Shown here piece by piece: positions 20,378-31,400 of a stretch of DNA of 64,000 nucleotides (positions within the stretch are counted from its first letter, which is position 1; the number at the start of each line of letters is the position of its first letter). A model generated the notes under the pieces. It saw only the letters and a program-made list of their open reading frames with translations. It ran no database searches and was not told where the DNA came from. The stretch is from an uncultured Clostridia bacterium (GTDB lineage: Bacteria > Bacillota > Clostridia > UBA1212). The DNA lies in NCBI GenBank assembly GCA_947304585.1, contig CAMZBI010000001.1:97325-161324 (forward strand). The letters are read 5' to 3'. The position numbers and the translations under genes were made by a program.

Positions 20378-22849
20378 ATGCCAATGAACAAAACCCTTTA
20401 TCTTATTTCCAACGCCCACCTGGACCCCGTCTGGCAGTGGGAATGGGAGGAAGGCGCGGCGGCCGCCGTGTCGACTTTCCGGGTTGCCGCGGACTTTTGC
20501 GAGCGGTTTGACGGCTACGTGTTCTGCCACAACGAAGCAGCCCTCTACGAGTGGGTGGAGGAGTACGAGCCGGCTCTTTTCGAGAGGATCAGGAAGCTGG
20601 TGGACGAGGGACGCTGGGTGATCATTGGCGGCTGGTATATTCAGCCGGACTGCAATATGCCGGCAGGGGAGACCTTCCTGCGCCATGCGGTGTACGGGCG
20701 GAAGTATTTTGCGGAAAAATTCGGTGTTAAGCCTACACTTGCCAATAACTTCGACTCCTTCGGCCACAGCCGGGGGCTGGTCCAGATACTTGCCAAGTGC
20801 GGCTACAAATACTACATCCACTGCAGGCCCGGGGACAAGCCGGAGCTGCCCAACCACTACCTGTGGAAGGGTTACGACGGGTCGGAGATCATTGGCGAGA
20901 AGCAGCCTTCGGGCTACGGCACGGCCCTTCACACGGCCCACTGCAAGGCGGACACCATGTTGAGAGAGCTTCCGGACGGGGGCAGCGGGGTGTGTCTGTG
21001 GGGCGTTGGCGATCACGGCGGCGGTGCCTCGGAAAAGGACCTGGAGCTGCTGGCGGAGTTTAGCAAAAAGGCCGCGGAGAACGGCGACGTTGTAAAACAC
21101 GCTTCCCCCTACGAGTATTTCGACAAGGTGAAAAAGGAAGACCTGGTGCCCTGGGACAAGGATATGAATTCCTGGGGCGTGGGCTGCTATACCAGCCAGG
21201 CAAGGCTGAAAAGCGCCTACAGGGCCCTTGAGGATGCCTTCTACGCCACGGAGAAGATGTGCATGAATGCAAGGCTTGCGGGGACGGTTTATCCGGAGGA
21301 GAAGCTTGGTGATGCCGAGAAGGCGTTGCTTTTTGCCACGTTTCACGACTATTTGCCGGGATCATCGGTGGAACCCGTTGAGGAGATGGGCCTTCGGCAG
21401 CTTGGCGGTGCCCTCGACACGTTGACGAAGCTTCGGGCCAGAGCTCTTTTTGCCATGTGCGCAGGCCTCAGAAAGGCGGAGAGCGACGAGATACCCGTGG
21501 TGGTGTTCAACCCCAATCCCTACCCGGTGGAGGGCGTTTACGAGTGCGAGTTTATGCTCTGGGATCAGGGCTGGGGGGACATGGTCAAAAAGCCGCACCT
21601 GTATACCCTTGACGGGCGGGAGATCCCCTGCCAGGCGGAGAAAGAGTTGTCGAATATTCCCATCGATTGGAGAAAACGGATATCCTTCAGGGCTGCGGCG
21701 GAACCCTCCTCGGTCACCATGTTCGTCTGCAAGTTTGAGGACGTGAAGAAGACCCCGGTGGAGAGCCTGCCGGAGGAAGACGGTTTATTCCTCTTCGACA
21801 ACGGCACGATCTCGCTGAAAATATCAAAAACCACAGGTCTTATCGAATCCCTTAAGACAGCGGGCCGGGAGCACCTGTCCTCCGGCGCGTTGAGGCTTGA
21901 CGTTCTGAACGACAATTGCGACCCCTGGGGCATGACCGTGAGCTCCTACAGGGACGTTGCCGGCTGTTTCAGATTGGCCACACCTGAGGAGACCGCTGTT
22001 TTCTGCGCAGTGAAGGAGCCGCTTACGCCAATAAGAGTCATCGAAAACGGCGCTGTCCGCACAGTTGTGGAGGCTCTGTTCTGCTACAATGAATCGCGGG
22101 CCCTGGTCAGGTATTATCTTCCGAAGACAGGCGCCGCCGTTGACGTCTCCGTAAGGCTTCAGATGTACGAAAAACAAAAGATGATAAAACTGGCGCTGCC
22201 CGTAAACGGACTCAAGTGCGTCACGGGCCAGACTCCATACGGCAGGGAACCGCTGCGCTCAAACGGCGATGAAACGGTATCCCAGAGGTACAAGCACGTT
22301 GCCCACGACGGCGGTGAACTGTTGGTCATCGGCAAGCAGACCTACGGAGCCAGCATCGAAGGGGACGAGTTCAAGATCTCCCTCGAGCGCACGGCTGCCT
22401 ACACCGCCCACCCGCTTGGCGACAGGACCATTCTTCCCACCGACAGATTCATGCCCCACATCGATATTGGCACCAACGTCTTCACCTTCAGGCTGGTTGC
22501 CGGCGAGGACCTTCTGGACCGGGCGGAGAGGTTGACCCAGGACTTCTGCGAGCTGCCCTTTGCAATGTCCTTCTTCCCCTCGGGTGAGGGCACAAGGCCC
22601 GAGCAGGGGCTTCTTGTGACCGGCGACGACTGCGTGGTCCTTAGCGCATACAAAAAATACACCTACGGCGAAGGGGACGTGGTGAGGCTTTTCAACCCCA
22701 CGGGAGACGCCCGCACCGTGATGCTAAAATTCCCTTCTTTTTCAGAAAAAGTGACTCTTAAACCCTATTCCTTTGAAACTTATCTGAAGGAAGGCAACTC
22801 CCTCAGGCCTCTGCCCGCAGACGAGTGTGAAGGCACTTTCAAGGTCTGA
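20378..22849 (+). CDS. GH38 alpha-mannosidase.
   Basis: N-terminal 'YLISNAHLDPVWQWEWEE' is characteristic of GH38. 823 aa. RBS GAAGGA. Confidence 0.7.
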   Translation: MPMNKTLYLISNAHLDPVWQWEWEEGAAAAVSTFRVAADFCERFDGYVFCHNEAALYEWVEEYEPALFERIRKLVDEGRWVIIGGWYIQPDCNMPAGETFLRHAVYGRKYFAEKFGVKPTLANNFDSFGHSRGLVQILAKCGYKYYIHCRPGDKPELPNHYLWKGYDGSEIIGEKQPSGYGTALHTAHCKADTMLRELPDGGSGVCLWGVGDHGGGASEKDLELLAEFSKKAAENGDVVKHASPYEYFDKVKKEDLVPWDKDMNSWGVGCYTSQARLKSAYRALEDAFYATEKMCMNARLAGTVYPEEKLGDAEKALLFATFHDYLPGSSVEPVEEMGLRQLGGALDTLTKLRARALFAMCAGLRKAESDEIPVVVFNPNPYPVEGVYECEFMLWDQGWGDMVKKPHLYTLDGREIPCQAEKELSNIPIDWRKRISFRAAAEPSSVTMFVCKFEDVKKTPVESLPEEDGLFLFDNGTISLKISKTTGLIESLKTAGREHLSSGALRLDVLNDNCDPWGMTVSSYRDVAGCFRLATPEETAVFCAVKEPLTPIRVIENGAVRTVVEALFCYNESRALVRYYLPKTGAAVDVSVRLQMYEKQKMIKLALPVNGLKCVTGQTPYGREPLRSNGDETVSQRYKHVAHDGGELLVIGKQTYGASIEGDEFKISLERTAAYTAHPLGDRTILPTDRFMPHIDIGTNVFTFRLVAGEDLLDRAERLTQDFCELPFAMSFFPSGEGTRPEQGLLVTGDDCVVLSAYKKYTYGEGDVVRLFNPTGDARTVMLKFPSFSEKVTLKPYSFETYLKEGNSLRPLPADECEGTFKV

Positions 22850-22865
22850 AATACTGTTGACGCCA

Positions 22866-25298
22866 ATGACACCCGAAGAAAAACTGAAGCAGATGACTCT
22901 TGAGGAGAAAGTCCTCCTCGTAACGGGGACCAGGTTCATGTATACGAACCCGGTGCCCCGTCTCTCTGTGCCTTCTTTGCGTTTTTCCGACGGTCCCCAC
23001 GGGCTCAGGGTCCAGAGCGAGCCGGAAAAGCTTGAAAACGGAGTTGAAGCAAACCTTCCGGCCACCGCCTTTCCCCCTGCGGCAACGGTGGCCTCAAGCT
23101 GGGATCCCGCCAATGCATATCGCACAGGCAGTGCCATTGCCGACGAAGCTCTTTTCTACGGGATCAACGTGGTCCTGGGCCCCGGCGCCAACATCAAGCG
23201 CAACCCCCGCTGCGGAAGAAATTTCGAATATTATTCGGAAGATCCTCTGCTCTCCGGAAAAATGGCGGCGGCTGAGATAAGGGGCCTTGAGGATAAAAGA
23301 ATTGGCGCCTGCCTCAAGCATTTCGCCTTCAACAACGCAGAGAATTTCCGCTTTGTGGGAGACTCGATAGTGGACAGCAGGGCCGCCAGAGAGATATATC
23401 TTGAGTCCTTCAGGATCGCCGTGACAGAAGGACGGCCCCGCAGCGTCATGTGCGCATATAACAAAGTCAACGGCACCTTCTGCTCGGAAAACAAATGGCT
23501 CCTCACAGACGTGCTCCGGGACGAGTGGGGCTTTGAGGGGATCGTTATGACCGACTGGGGGGCCGTTGCCGACAAGGTCAAGGCCATAAGCTCCGGCGAC
23601 GATCTGGACATGCCCGGCGACACAGTCTTCTGCCGCAGGGTCCTTTACGATGCGATAAAAAGCGGTGAACTGGACACGGAGCACCTCGACAAGGCCGTTC
23701 TGGGGATACTCAAAACAGTTGAATCTTTTTCGGAACAGGCGAAAAAGGAGGACCCGGAGTTTGAGGTCCATCACGCCCTTGCGGGAGAGATCGCAGCGGA
23801 CTGCGCTGTGCTTTTGAAAAACGACGGGACTCTGCCGCTTGCGGAGGACGAGCCCCTTATGGTCATTGGCGATCTTTTCAGGATAATGCGCTACCAGGGG
23901 TCCGGCAGTTCCATGATCACACCTGCGCTGCTTACAACTCCGGAGGATGCCTTTAAGGCACGGGGAGTCAGGTATGAGTTTGCGCCGGGGTACATCGAGA
24001 CCGAGACGGAGCCTGACCGGGACGAGATAGAACTAGCCCTCGAAATGGCGGAAAAACACGAAAAAGTTCTGGTTTTTGCAGGCCTTCCGGACTACACGGA
24101 GGGGGAGGCGGGAGACAGGGAACACCTGATGCTGCCGGACAACCAGTTGGCGCTTATCGACGCTCTCATTGGCAAGGGTAAAAAGATCACCCTGGTGCTT
24201 TTCGGGGGCTCGCCTTTCGAGCTTCCCTTTGCCGGGGAGATGAGCGCTATCCTCAACATGTACCTTCCGGGGCAGAACGGGGGCGATGCGGTCTGCAAGC
24301 TGCTCTTCGGCGATATTTCACCAAGCGGAAGGCTTGCGGAGACCTGGCCCGCCTCATATTTGGACGTGCCCTTTGCCGGCGACTTCTCCTGCAGGGAGGC
24401 CGAGATCTACAAGGAGAGCATTTTTGCGGGCTACAGGTATTATGCCACCTACGGAAAGCCGGTTCTCTTCCCCTTCGGCTTCGGTCTCAGCTACACGAGC
24501 TTTTCCTACAGCGGACTTTCGGTGGCGGAGGACGAAGAAGGCTTTACAGTCTCCTGCAGCGTTGCCAATACCGGCAGCCGCGGAGGCAAAGAAGTGGTAC
24601 AGCTTTACGTGAGCGGCCCTTCCTCGGACGTGCTGAAGCCCAAAAGGGAGCTAAAAGCATTCACTAAGCTGTCGTTGGCGCCGGGGGAGACCCGCAATGC
24701 GGAGCTCAGGATCGATTTTGACGATCTCAAATATTTCAACGCCAATGAGGACCGCTTCGTACTCGAACCGGGCACTTATCTCATCCAGATCTGCAAAGAC
24801 TCGGAGACGGTGATCCTGGAAAAAGCCGTTGAAGTAAAAGGAGAGGACGCGGAGCCGCCTTACTCCGAAAAAGCATTGGCGATTTACACCGGGGACGACA
24901 TTCTCGGCATGACCGACCGGGACTACGAAGAGGCCTTCGGGATAAGTCTTCCGGAAGAGCTTGTAAAGGTCCCTCTCACCATGGAAAGCAGGCTGACCGA
25001 CTTTAAACAGACCTTTTTCGGGAGGATCATCCTCGGCGCGGCGCTCTCGTACCTCAATGGACTGCTGAAAAAGGCCCGCAAAACAAAAAATCCCGCCGAA
25101 AGGAGCGGAAAGATCAAAGCCGCCCTGTTCACGCGGAAAATAATGGAGACCAATTCCATGAGGTCCCTCTCGATGTCCTCCTCCGGCAGGCTGCCATTCA
25201 ACGTTGCCGAGGGGATCGTCCACATCGCCAACGGCAAGCTGTTCAAAGGCATCGCCAAGCTTGCCGGCAGGATAAAAGACCCGTCGAAAAAGGCCTGA
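22866..25298 (+). CDS. GH3 beta-glucosidase/beta-hexosidase-like enzyme (BglX-like).
   Basis: 'GFEGIVMTDWGA' GH3 catalytic-nucleophile block. C-terminal fibronectin-III-like region. The ORF track starts at GTG 22827; the ATG at 22866 is more plausible. Confidence 0.65.
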   Translation: MTPEEKLKQMTLEEKVLLVTGTRFMYTNPVPRLSVPSLRFSDGPHGLRVQSEPEKLENGVEANLPATAFPPAATVASSWDPANAYRTGSAIADEALFYGINVVLGPGANIKRNPRCGRNFEYYSEDPLLSGKMAAAEIRGLEDKRIGACLKHFAFNNAENFRFVGDSIVDSRAAREIYLESFRIAVTEGRPRSVMCAYNKVNGTFCSENKWLLTDVLRDEWGFEGIVMTDWGAVADKVKAISSGDDLDMPGDTVFCRRVLYDAIKSGELDTEHLDKAVLGILKTVESFSEQAKKEDPEFEVHHALAGEIAADCAVLLKNDGTLPLAEDEPLMVIGDLFRIMRYQGSGSSMITPALLTTPEDAFKARGVRYEFAPGYIETETEPDRDEIELALEMAEKHEKVLVFAGLPDYTEGEAGDREHLMLPDNQLALIDALIGKGKKITLVLFGGSPFELPFAGEMSAILNMYLPGQNGGDAVCKLLFGDISPSGRLAETWPASYLDVPFAGDFSCREAEIYKESIFAGYRYYATYGKPVLFPFGFGLSYTSFSYSGLSVAEDEEGFTVSCSVANTGSRGGKEVVQLYVSGPSSDVLKPKRELKAFTKLSLAPGETRNAELRIDFDDLKYFNANEDRFVLEPGTYLIQICKDSETVILEKAVEVKGEDAEPPYSEKALAIYTGDDILGMTDRDYEEAFGISLPEELVKVPLTMESRLTDFKQTFFGRIILGAALSYLNGLLKKARKTKNPAERSGKIKAALFTRKIMETNSMRSLSMSSSGRLPFNVAEGIVHIANGKLFKGIAKLAGRIKDPSKKA

Positions 25299-25310
25299 TT
25301 TGTAAGCAGT

Positions 25311-25901
25311 TTACTCTTCTGTTTTTATGAGATATGCCCTGCAGGGCGCACCTTCGCAACCGCCAAGGTTCAGCGGCGCGGCGCTGAGGAAATATCTGCC
25401 TTCGTCAACGCCGTCAAGGACCACGCCCTCAAGAAGCACGCAATCTTTGCCGAGGAGTATCAGGTGGACGTTCATTGGCGCGTCTTCGGGGCCCACGGTC
25501 TGGCTTTCGTTGCCGAGGAGCATTATGCCGGCCGCAGCAAACACCGATGCAGCCTCCTCAGTCACAGTGGCTTTCCCCGCAATGAGTATTCTTTTACCGG
25601 CCCCGGCCTGCTCCGCTTTAAGGCGTATGTCCCGGGCCTTTTCTGCGGAGACATCTCCTTCAGCCCTTGCAACGTAGCAGTCGCCGACGAAGGGCTCAAG
25701 GCCCATTTGGTCAACAGTCTTGCCGTTCCTGATGAAATGGCTGGGGGCGTCAACGTGGGTGCCGTTGTGGGCGCACATGGAAAAGCCGGTGAGGTTGACG
25801 GTGTCGCCTTTGTCAATATCCCCGAGCCGGAGCCTTTCGGGGCCCATGTCGCCGGGGTAGACCCGGCAGGAAAACAGTTCCTGTGTGATGTCGATAAGCA
25901 T
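25311..25901 (-). CDS. Cyclase-family protein (arylformamidase/kynurenine formamidase-like).
   Basis: 'CAHNGTHVDAPSHF' cyclase-family His/Asp block; 196 aa. Confidence 0.6.
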   Translation of the reverse strand: MLIDITQELFSCRVYPGDMGPERLRLGDIDKGDTVNLTGFSMCAHNGTHVDAPSHFIRNGKTVDQMGLEPFVGDCYVARAEGDVSAEKARDIRLKAEQAGAGKRILIAGKATVTEEAASVFAAAGIMLLGNESQTVGPEDAPMNVHLILLGKDCVLLEGVVLDGVDEGRYFLSAAPLNLGGCEGAPCRAYLIKTEE

Positions 25902-25963
25902 TTTTTGCCTTTCTTTTCGTGTTTGAGCAAGCTGCCGGGCGTGTTTAAACCCAGGTTTTACAG

Positions 25964-27340
25964 TCAGTCTGTTGCGGACGAAAGTATCACGACAAAGCGG
26001 TCAAGGGCTCCGTCGTATACCGTGAAGCAGAGGGCGCCCCACCACTCGCAACCGTCGTCAAAATAGTCGGACCAGTCTGTGGTCCACTCGTAAACTTCAA
26101 GAGCATCCTTTCCCGCAGGAAACAGTGCGGAATTCACTTTGTCAAAATCATCCCGGGTGTATTCCATCCCCCAGGGCGGGTACATAAATGCGCCGGCGTA
26201 ATTTGATCCTCTTCTGTCTTCTGCAGCGGCAAAAAGACTGTCGGGAGAAACGGGCCTTCCCGCTGCAGAGCTAAGATCACAACTCCAGACCTGCTCTTTA
26301 CCGTCGTAAAACAGTTTCCTGCAGGCGCAGGCAAGGGCTGCCCGGTGGATCTCCGGAGAACTTTTTTCTGCAGACGTTTTAACGATGCAGTATTCCGGAA
26401 CAAGATCCGGGTATTCCGCAAGAAGTTCCGAAAGACGGCTGTCCGTCACCGTTTCGCATTTTACGCCCGGGTCCTCTTCAAACGAAGAAAAGCCTGCAGC
26501 CCGTGCCTTTGACGGCGACCCTGTTTTTGCCTTCTTTTTCGGAGAATTTCCAAACACTTTCTCCGCTTCGTCAATCGTCGTATCACCGAGGTCTGCGGCA
26601 TATTCAACCATGCGGCAGAAGTCATTGACGTCATATTCCCGGCCCGTTGCGGAAGTTACGTTACTGCCTCTTCCGAAAACTTCCGCCAGCACCGCAGGGT
26701 CGAAGGCGTTGCGGACAACAGTCTTTTTTCCGCATTCATCTGTAATATACAGGCAGGGCTCAAAGGGGTGACAGGTCAGGGTGAACCGCCGCTTCCCGGC
26801 GATAAGGCAGGACGTACCCTCCCGAAGACAGAAGGTGTAATAACCGTCTGAATAGACCGTGGAAAGAGACAGGTCTTTTGCGTAGAGACGGTCCACATCG
26901 CCGCCGTAGTTGACGATATCCTTTACGTATTTGTAGCCGTATTTTTCGTAAAGCCCGGTGTGGCCCGTGGGAATGTATGTCCTGGTGAAGCCAAGGCTTG
27001 CCGCGTAGTCATTGGCGAAATCGATGAGCTTGCCGCAGATCCCCTGACCCCGGAACTCTTCGGTCACGAATATGGTGGAGATCCAGGGAAAGATCTCGGG
27101 AAGAGGGTAGTAGTCGGTCTTGGCAATCGTCGCCATCCCGACAATACGGTCGCCCGCAAGCGCCGCAAAGGGGGTTTCCCAGTCCTCAAAAGCCCAGCCG
27201 CCGATCACCTGCAGGGTGTGTTCCCTGACTTCCTCCCAGGAAAAGTTCCAGACAAATTCCAGCAGTTTTTCCGCGAGAGGGGTGCCTTTTTCCACTTTTA
27301 CGACGGTGATATTCGTTTTGTCTTCGCCAAATCCAGTCAT
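25964..27340 (-). CDS. GNAT-family N-acetyltransferase with an extended uncharacterised C-terminal domain.
   Basis: N-terminal GNAT-like 'FVTEEFRGQGICGKLIDF' segment; 458 aa. Confidence 0.5.
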   Translation of the reverse strand: MTGFGEDKTNITVVKVEKGTPLAEKLLEFVWNFSWEEVREHTLQVIGGWAFEDWETPFAALAGDRIVGMATIAKTDYYPLPEIFPWISTIFVTEEFRGQGICGKLIDFANDYAASLGFTRTYIPTGHTGLYEKYGYKYVKDIVNYGGDVDRLYAKDLSLSTVYSDGYYTFCLREGTSCLIAGKRRFTLTCHPFEPCLYITDECGKKTVVRNAFDPAVLAEVFGRGSNVTSATGREYDVNDFCRMVEYAADLGDTTIDEAEKVFGNSPKKKAKTGSPSKARAAGFSSFEEDPGVKCETVTDSRLSELLAEYPDLVPEYCIVKTSAEKSSPEIHRAALACACRKLFYDGKEQVWSCDLSSAAGRPVSPDSLFAAAEDRRGSNYAGAFMYPPWGMEYTRDDFDKVNSALFPAGKDALEVYEWTTDWSDYFDDGCEWWGALCFTVYDGALDRFVVILSSATD

Positions 27341-27522
27341 TTTACATCTCCGCTGCGTCAGGCTAAATCCTTGCCTGCGGTCAGTATATCATATTCCGGC
27401 TCCGCAATCCACAGACAGGCCGGCCTGCGCAGACGGAGAAGCGGACGGTCAAACAAAAGCGTTTTATTGAAGGCCTGTTCATGGTATAATTCCCTGTGAG
27501 AAAAGCTTGCAGGAGGCATATC

Positions 27523-28398
27523 ATGAAGGACACTGGGAAGACCGTCAGGTTGCGTTTTTTGCGGGTGGCCGCGGTTTCATTGGCGATGATCGCATTGCTG
27601 TTGCCTGTTTTCGCCCTTCAGAGCTGCGCTCCCGACATGTACAGAGTGCCCTCAGATCCCGGCGCCGGCTACACCGCAACAGGCGACAAACTGTTTGACC
27701 TTGTGAGCCCGGACGGAAATTACGGGAACGCCCAGGGCTGCTGCTTTGACGGAAAGAACTGGGTGGTGGCCTTCAACCGCATTGACGAAAAGGGCGAGGA
27801 GGTGTCCATCCTCTGCAAATTCGACGAAGAGGGCAACTTCGTGAAGCAGAGCGAGCCCCTTTATCTGGAACACGCCAATAACATCACATACATCCCCGAA
27901 AAGCGGGCATACTACGTCACCTCCTGCCAGGGGACACTGACGGAGTGCTGGAACGGCTACACGCTGGTGGACAAGAAGACCTTCGAGGTCATCGAAAAAG
28001 GCAACCTTGAGCAGCCTTTCTTTGCAATGGGCTACTGCCCGGAGCTTAAAAGATACGCCTCCGCCCGCTGGGACGGCAGCACCCTTGATTTTTGGAATTC
28101 AAAGCTGAAACACCTGAAGTCCCGGGATGTGACGCCCTCCGGAACCCTGTCTCAAGGCGTTTTTGCGGCGAGAAGCTGCGTCTGGTTCGTCAGGTCCTCC
28201 ATCAACGGCTTTCATCAGGAGTTTTTGGTCTATGACTGGGATGGCGAGCTTTTGGCGTCAATTCCTCTGGACTTGGAAAACGATGTGGAATCCGAGTCGG
28301 TGAACATAGTCAACGGAACGGTTTACGTAACCTCGAACGGCGGCGGCAAGGCGGGACTTTTCAAGGTTCGCTTTGAAAAAACCGGCGGGGATCAGTGA
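27523..28398 (+). CDS. Hypothetical lipoprotein.
   Basis: RBS AGGAGG before the ATG at 27523. Signal peptide with lipobox 'ALQSC'. No recognisable catalytic motif. Confidence 0.5.
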   Translation: MKDTGKTVRLRFLRVAAVSLAMIALLLPVFALQSCAPDMYRVPSDPGAGYTATGDKLFDLVSPDGNYGNAQGCCFDGKNWVVAFNRIDEKGEEVSILCKFDEEGNFVKQSEPLYLEHANNITYIPEKRAYYVTSCQGTLTECWNGYTLVDKKTFEVIEKGNLEQPFFAMGYCPELKRYASARWDGSTLDFWNSKLKHLKSRDVTPSGTLSQGVFAARSCVWFVRSSINGFHQEFLVYDWDGELLASIPLDLENDVESESVNIVNGTVYVTSNGGGKAGLFKVRFEKTGGDQ

Positions 28399-28480
28399 AC
28401 TATCATAAACGATAAACGACCGGGACAGCCGGAGAAATTCAATTCAGAACGGCAGAACAGCCGCAGGAGATGATTCGATA

Positions 28481-31400
28481 ATGAAAAGGATGACAGAACG
28501 CATTGTCCGGGGAGGAGCGATAGTATTGGCTCTTGTGCTTGTCTGCGGATGCTTCGGTTACGGAAATCCGGTTGCAGCCGGAGGAGAGGGGACCGCCGAA
28601 ATCCTGAAAAAATACGAGTGCGAGGATGCAAAGGTCTTTGATTCCACAGGAAAGAAACAGATCTCGATGATCAGGGAAAACGACAAGGCCGCATCCGGCG
28701 GCGCCACGGCAGGCTCCACCGGGGGCAAGTTCTTCCTGTTTGAGAACGTCCCCGAGTCCAATTTCATCCACATTGCCTACGCATCCCCCAACACATCTTC
28801 CATGCTTGCCCAGATCCGCTACCCGGGGGAGGAAAACTTTACCACCCTCTGCAGCATCAGTTTTTCCACCTCCAACTCCTGGTACATGTCCTCTTCATAT
28901 ATGGCGACCTCGCCAATGGTTTACATGCCCGCAGGCTCGGATATAAGGATCAAGCCGGCGGTGGACGCAAACCTTGACTATCTGTACTTAACCCTTGAAA
29001 AGAATCTGAGCAGCGAGTTTCCGCCGGAGAACACAGTTGCCGCGGAGAATTTTGCGGGCAACAATACCAAGGAAGACTACATGGCGCCCTACGGCCGCTG
29101 CGCGGAGCTGACCGAAGGGACATCCTTCATATTCATACCGCCGGGAGTTGACCGCACCAACATCCTCAACTTCACGTACACAACGTCAGTCGGAGCAGTC
29201 CTGGAGGTCTCCTGCGGGGGCGAGACCGGAAGCATTGAACTGACCTCTACGCCCAGAAACATATACAGGACAGTCGGGGGGAATTTTGAAAAGCTTTGGA
29301 CCGGTGGGACGGTCAAGGTCACCTGCAAAAAAGGAACCGTGAAAGTGGCCTGCATTGGCGTCGCCTATGCGGAGAAAACCGAAACGGTAAGCATTAAAAG
29401 AGACGGTGCGTTGAAACGACAGACGGTGCTCCTCGACGGGATCTGGGGAGTCGATGCGCTGACGGACGTGGCGGATTGGCAGCCGCCGGAAGAGTTGCCG
29501 GCCATCCGTTATGCAAATACTGCCCCTGTTCCGGGACTTTTCGGCAACGCGGCCTGCTCCCTTGGCGATTACACCACAACGATGCCGGTGTACACGAGAA
29601 TAATAGACCTTGACGAAGAGCCCTCGGAAACGGTGCTCCTCAACATCGGCAGCGCCATGTACGGCCGCCACATCTACGTCAACGGAGTCCTGGTCGATAC
29701 TTACGAGTACAACTACACGTCATCGTCAACGGAGATCGGACAGTATCTCCACAAGGGGACCAATTATATTTCCATAGCCCTGGGATCTTTCCTGAGCCAG
29801 TGGAACAACCCGAAGTCGGTTGCCCACGTGCTGAACGACGGTGAGTCAAGCAGCGAGGAGCCGGGCATTCTGGACTCGGTGGAACTTGTTTTCTGCGGCG
29901 GCCCGGACGTGACTGCAGTCCAGCTTGCACCGGATATTGACCGGGGCAGCATTGGCGCCAAAGTCACCCTTGCAAACCGCGAGGACCGGGACGCCTCCAC
30001 GGACGTCAAGATCACCGTCTATGAGCTTGGACTTTTCAAAGACGGCAAGGCCCTCAAAGAAGAGGTTAAGGTCGGAGAAATCTCCTATAATAACGTGAAT
30101 ATTGAGGCCGGAGGAACTGCGGACGTTGAGATACCGGAGGTGCTCTTTGGCGGGTTCAGCCGTGAGAAATGCTGGAGCCCCGAGTCACCCTTCCTTTACA
30201 GAGCCGAGATCGAGACCGCCGGGGACGTGTATTCCGTGAGGTTCGGCATGAGGACCTTCGGGTTTGAGGCCGGCACCGGTTATGCCCTGCTGAACGGTGA
30301 GCGCAGGTTCCTTTTCGGGACCAACGTGGCCATCGAGAGGTTCTTCGACGACCCCCTCTGCGGCACCAGGCCCTGGAACGAGGCATTTATAAGAAAGCTT
30401 TACAGCGAATTTCAAAGCGTCAACTGGACCTGCTTCAGGACCCATCTGGGCCACGCCAATTCCAAGTGGTTCGACATTGCCGACGAGACGGGCATGATGA
30501 TATTTGACGAATACCCCACCTGGGGCAACGACCCCACGGACACCATAAAGACGATCATGCCGGAGATAGAGCGGTGGATAGAGGACCGGGGATACCACCC
30601 ATCGCTGGTGGTCTTTGACGCCCAGAACGAGTCCACGAACTCTCTGAATGACCGTATCATCAAAAAAGGCCGGGATTACGACATCCAGCACAGACCCTGG
30701 GATAACGGTTGGCGTCCGCCTGTTGGCGAGACCGACCCTGTGGAGTGCCACCCCTACATAATCGGGACCTCCGGCATCTCAGGCCTCGAGAGTATGGTAG
30801 CGGACAGGCCAATAGTCACCACCGCCGATATCGGCTGGACCGCCGAAGATTACCCGGGCCATCCGTTTATATTGAACGAGCACGGCGAATATTGGATCAA
30901 CAGAGAGGGCAAGGCCATGTCCGGTACTGCAGCCATCTGGAACCTCGCAAGACCGGGCATCACGGACGACGAACGCCTAACATACTATTGCGACCTGATG
31001 TCTGCCCAGATCGAGGCCTTCCGGGCGGGAAGGGCTTATACGGGGCTGCTGTTCTTCTGCGGCCTTGCATCGTCCACATCCTCCGCAAAGGGCGTCACCT
31101 CCGACATTCTCTTCCTGTCTTCCGACATGTCCGGTCCGGAGAGTCTATGCATAAAATCATATTTCAAGTATCTCATGAAAAACTCCTACGCTCCGCTGGG
31201 GATCACCATTGGCACCTACACAGAGAAACGGACTGCAGGACAGACCGTGGAAGTCCCTGTGACACTTGTCAACGACACGGGAGAAGGGGTGGAGGACCTG
31301 GACGTTACCCTCGTTATATTGAGCGGCGAAAAGATCCTTTTTGCGGACAGAAAACAGATGAGCGTGTCCGCGTATTCACCGGAGACCGGATCCGACGGCA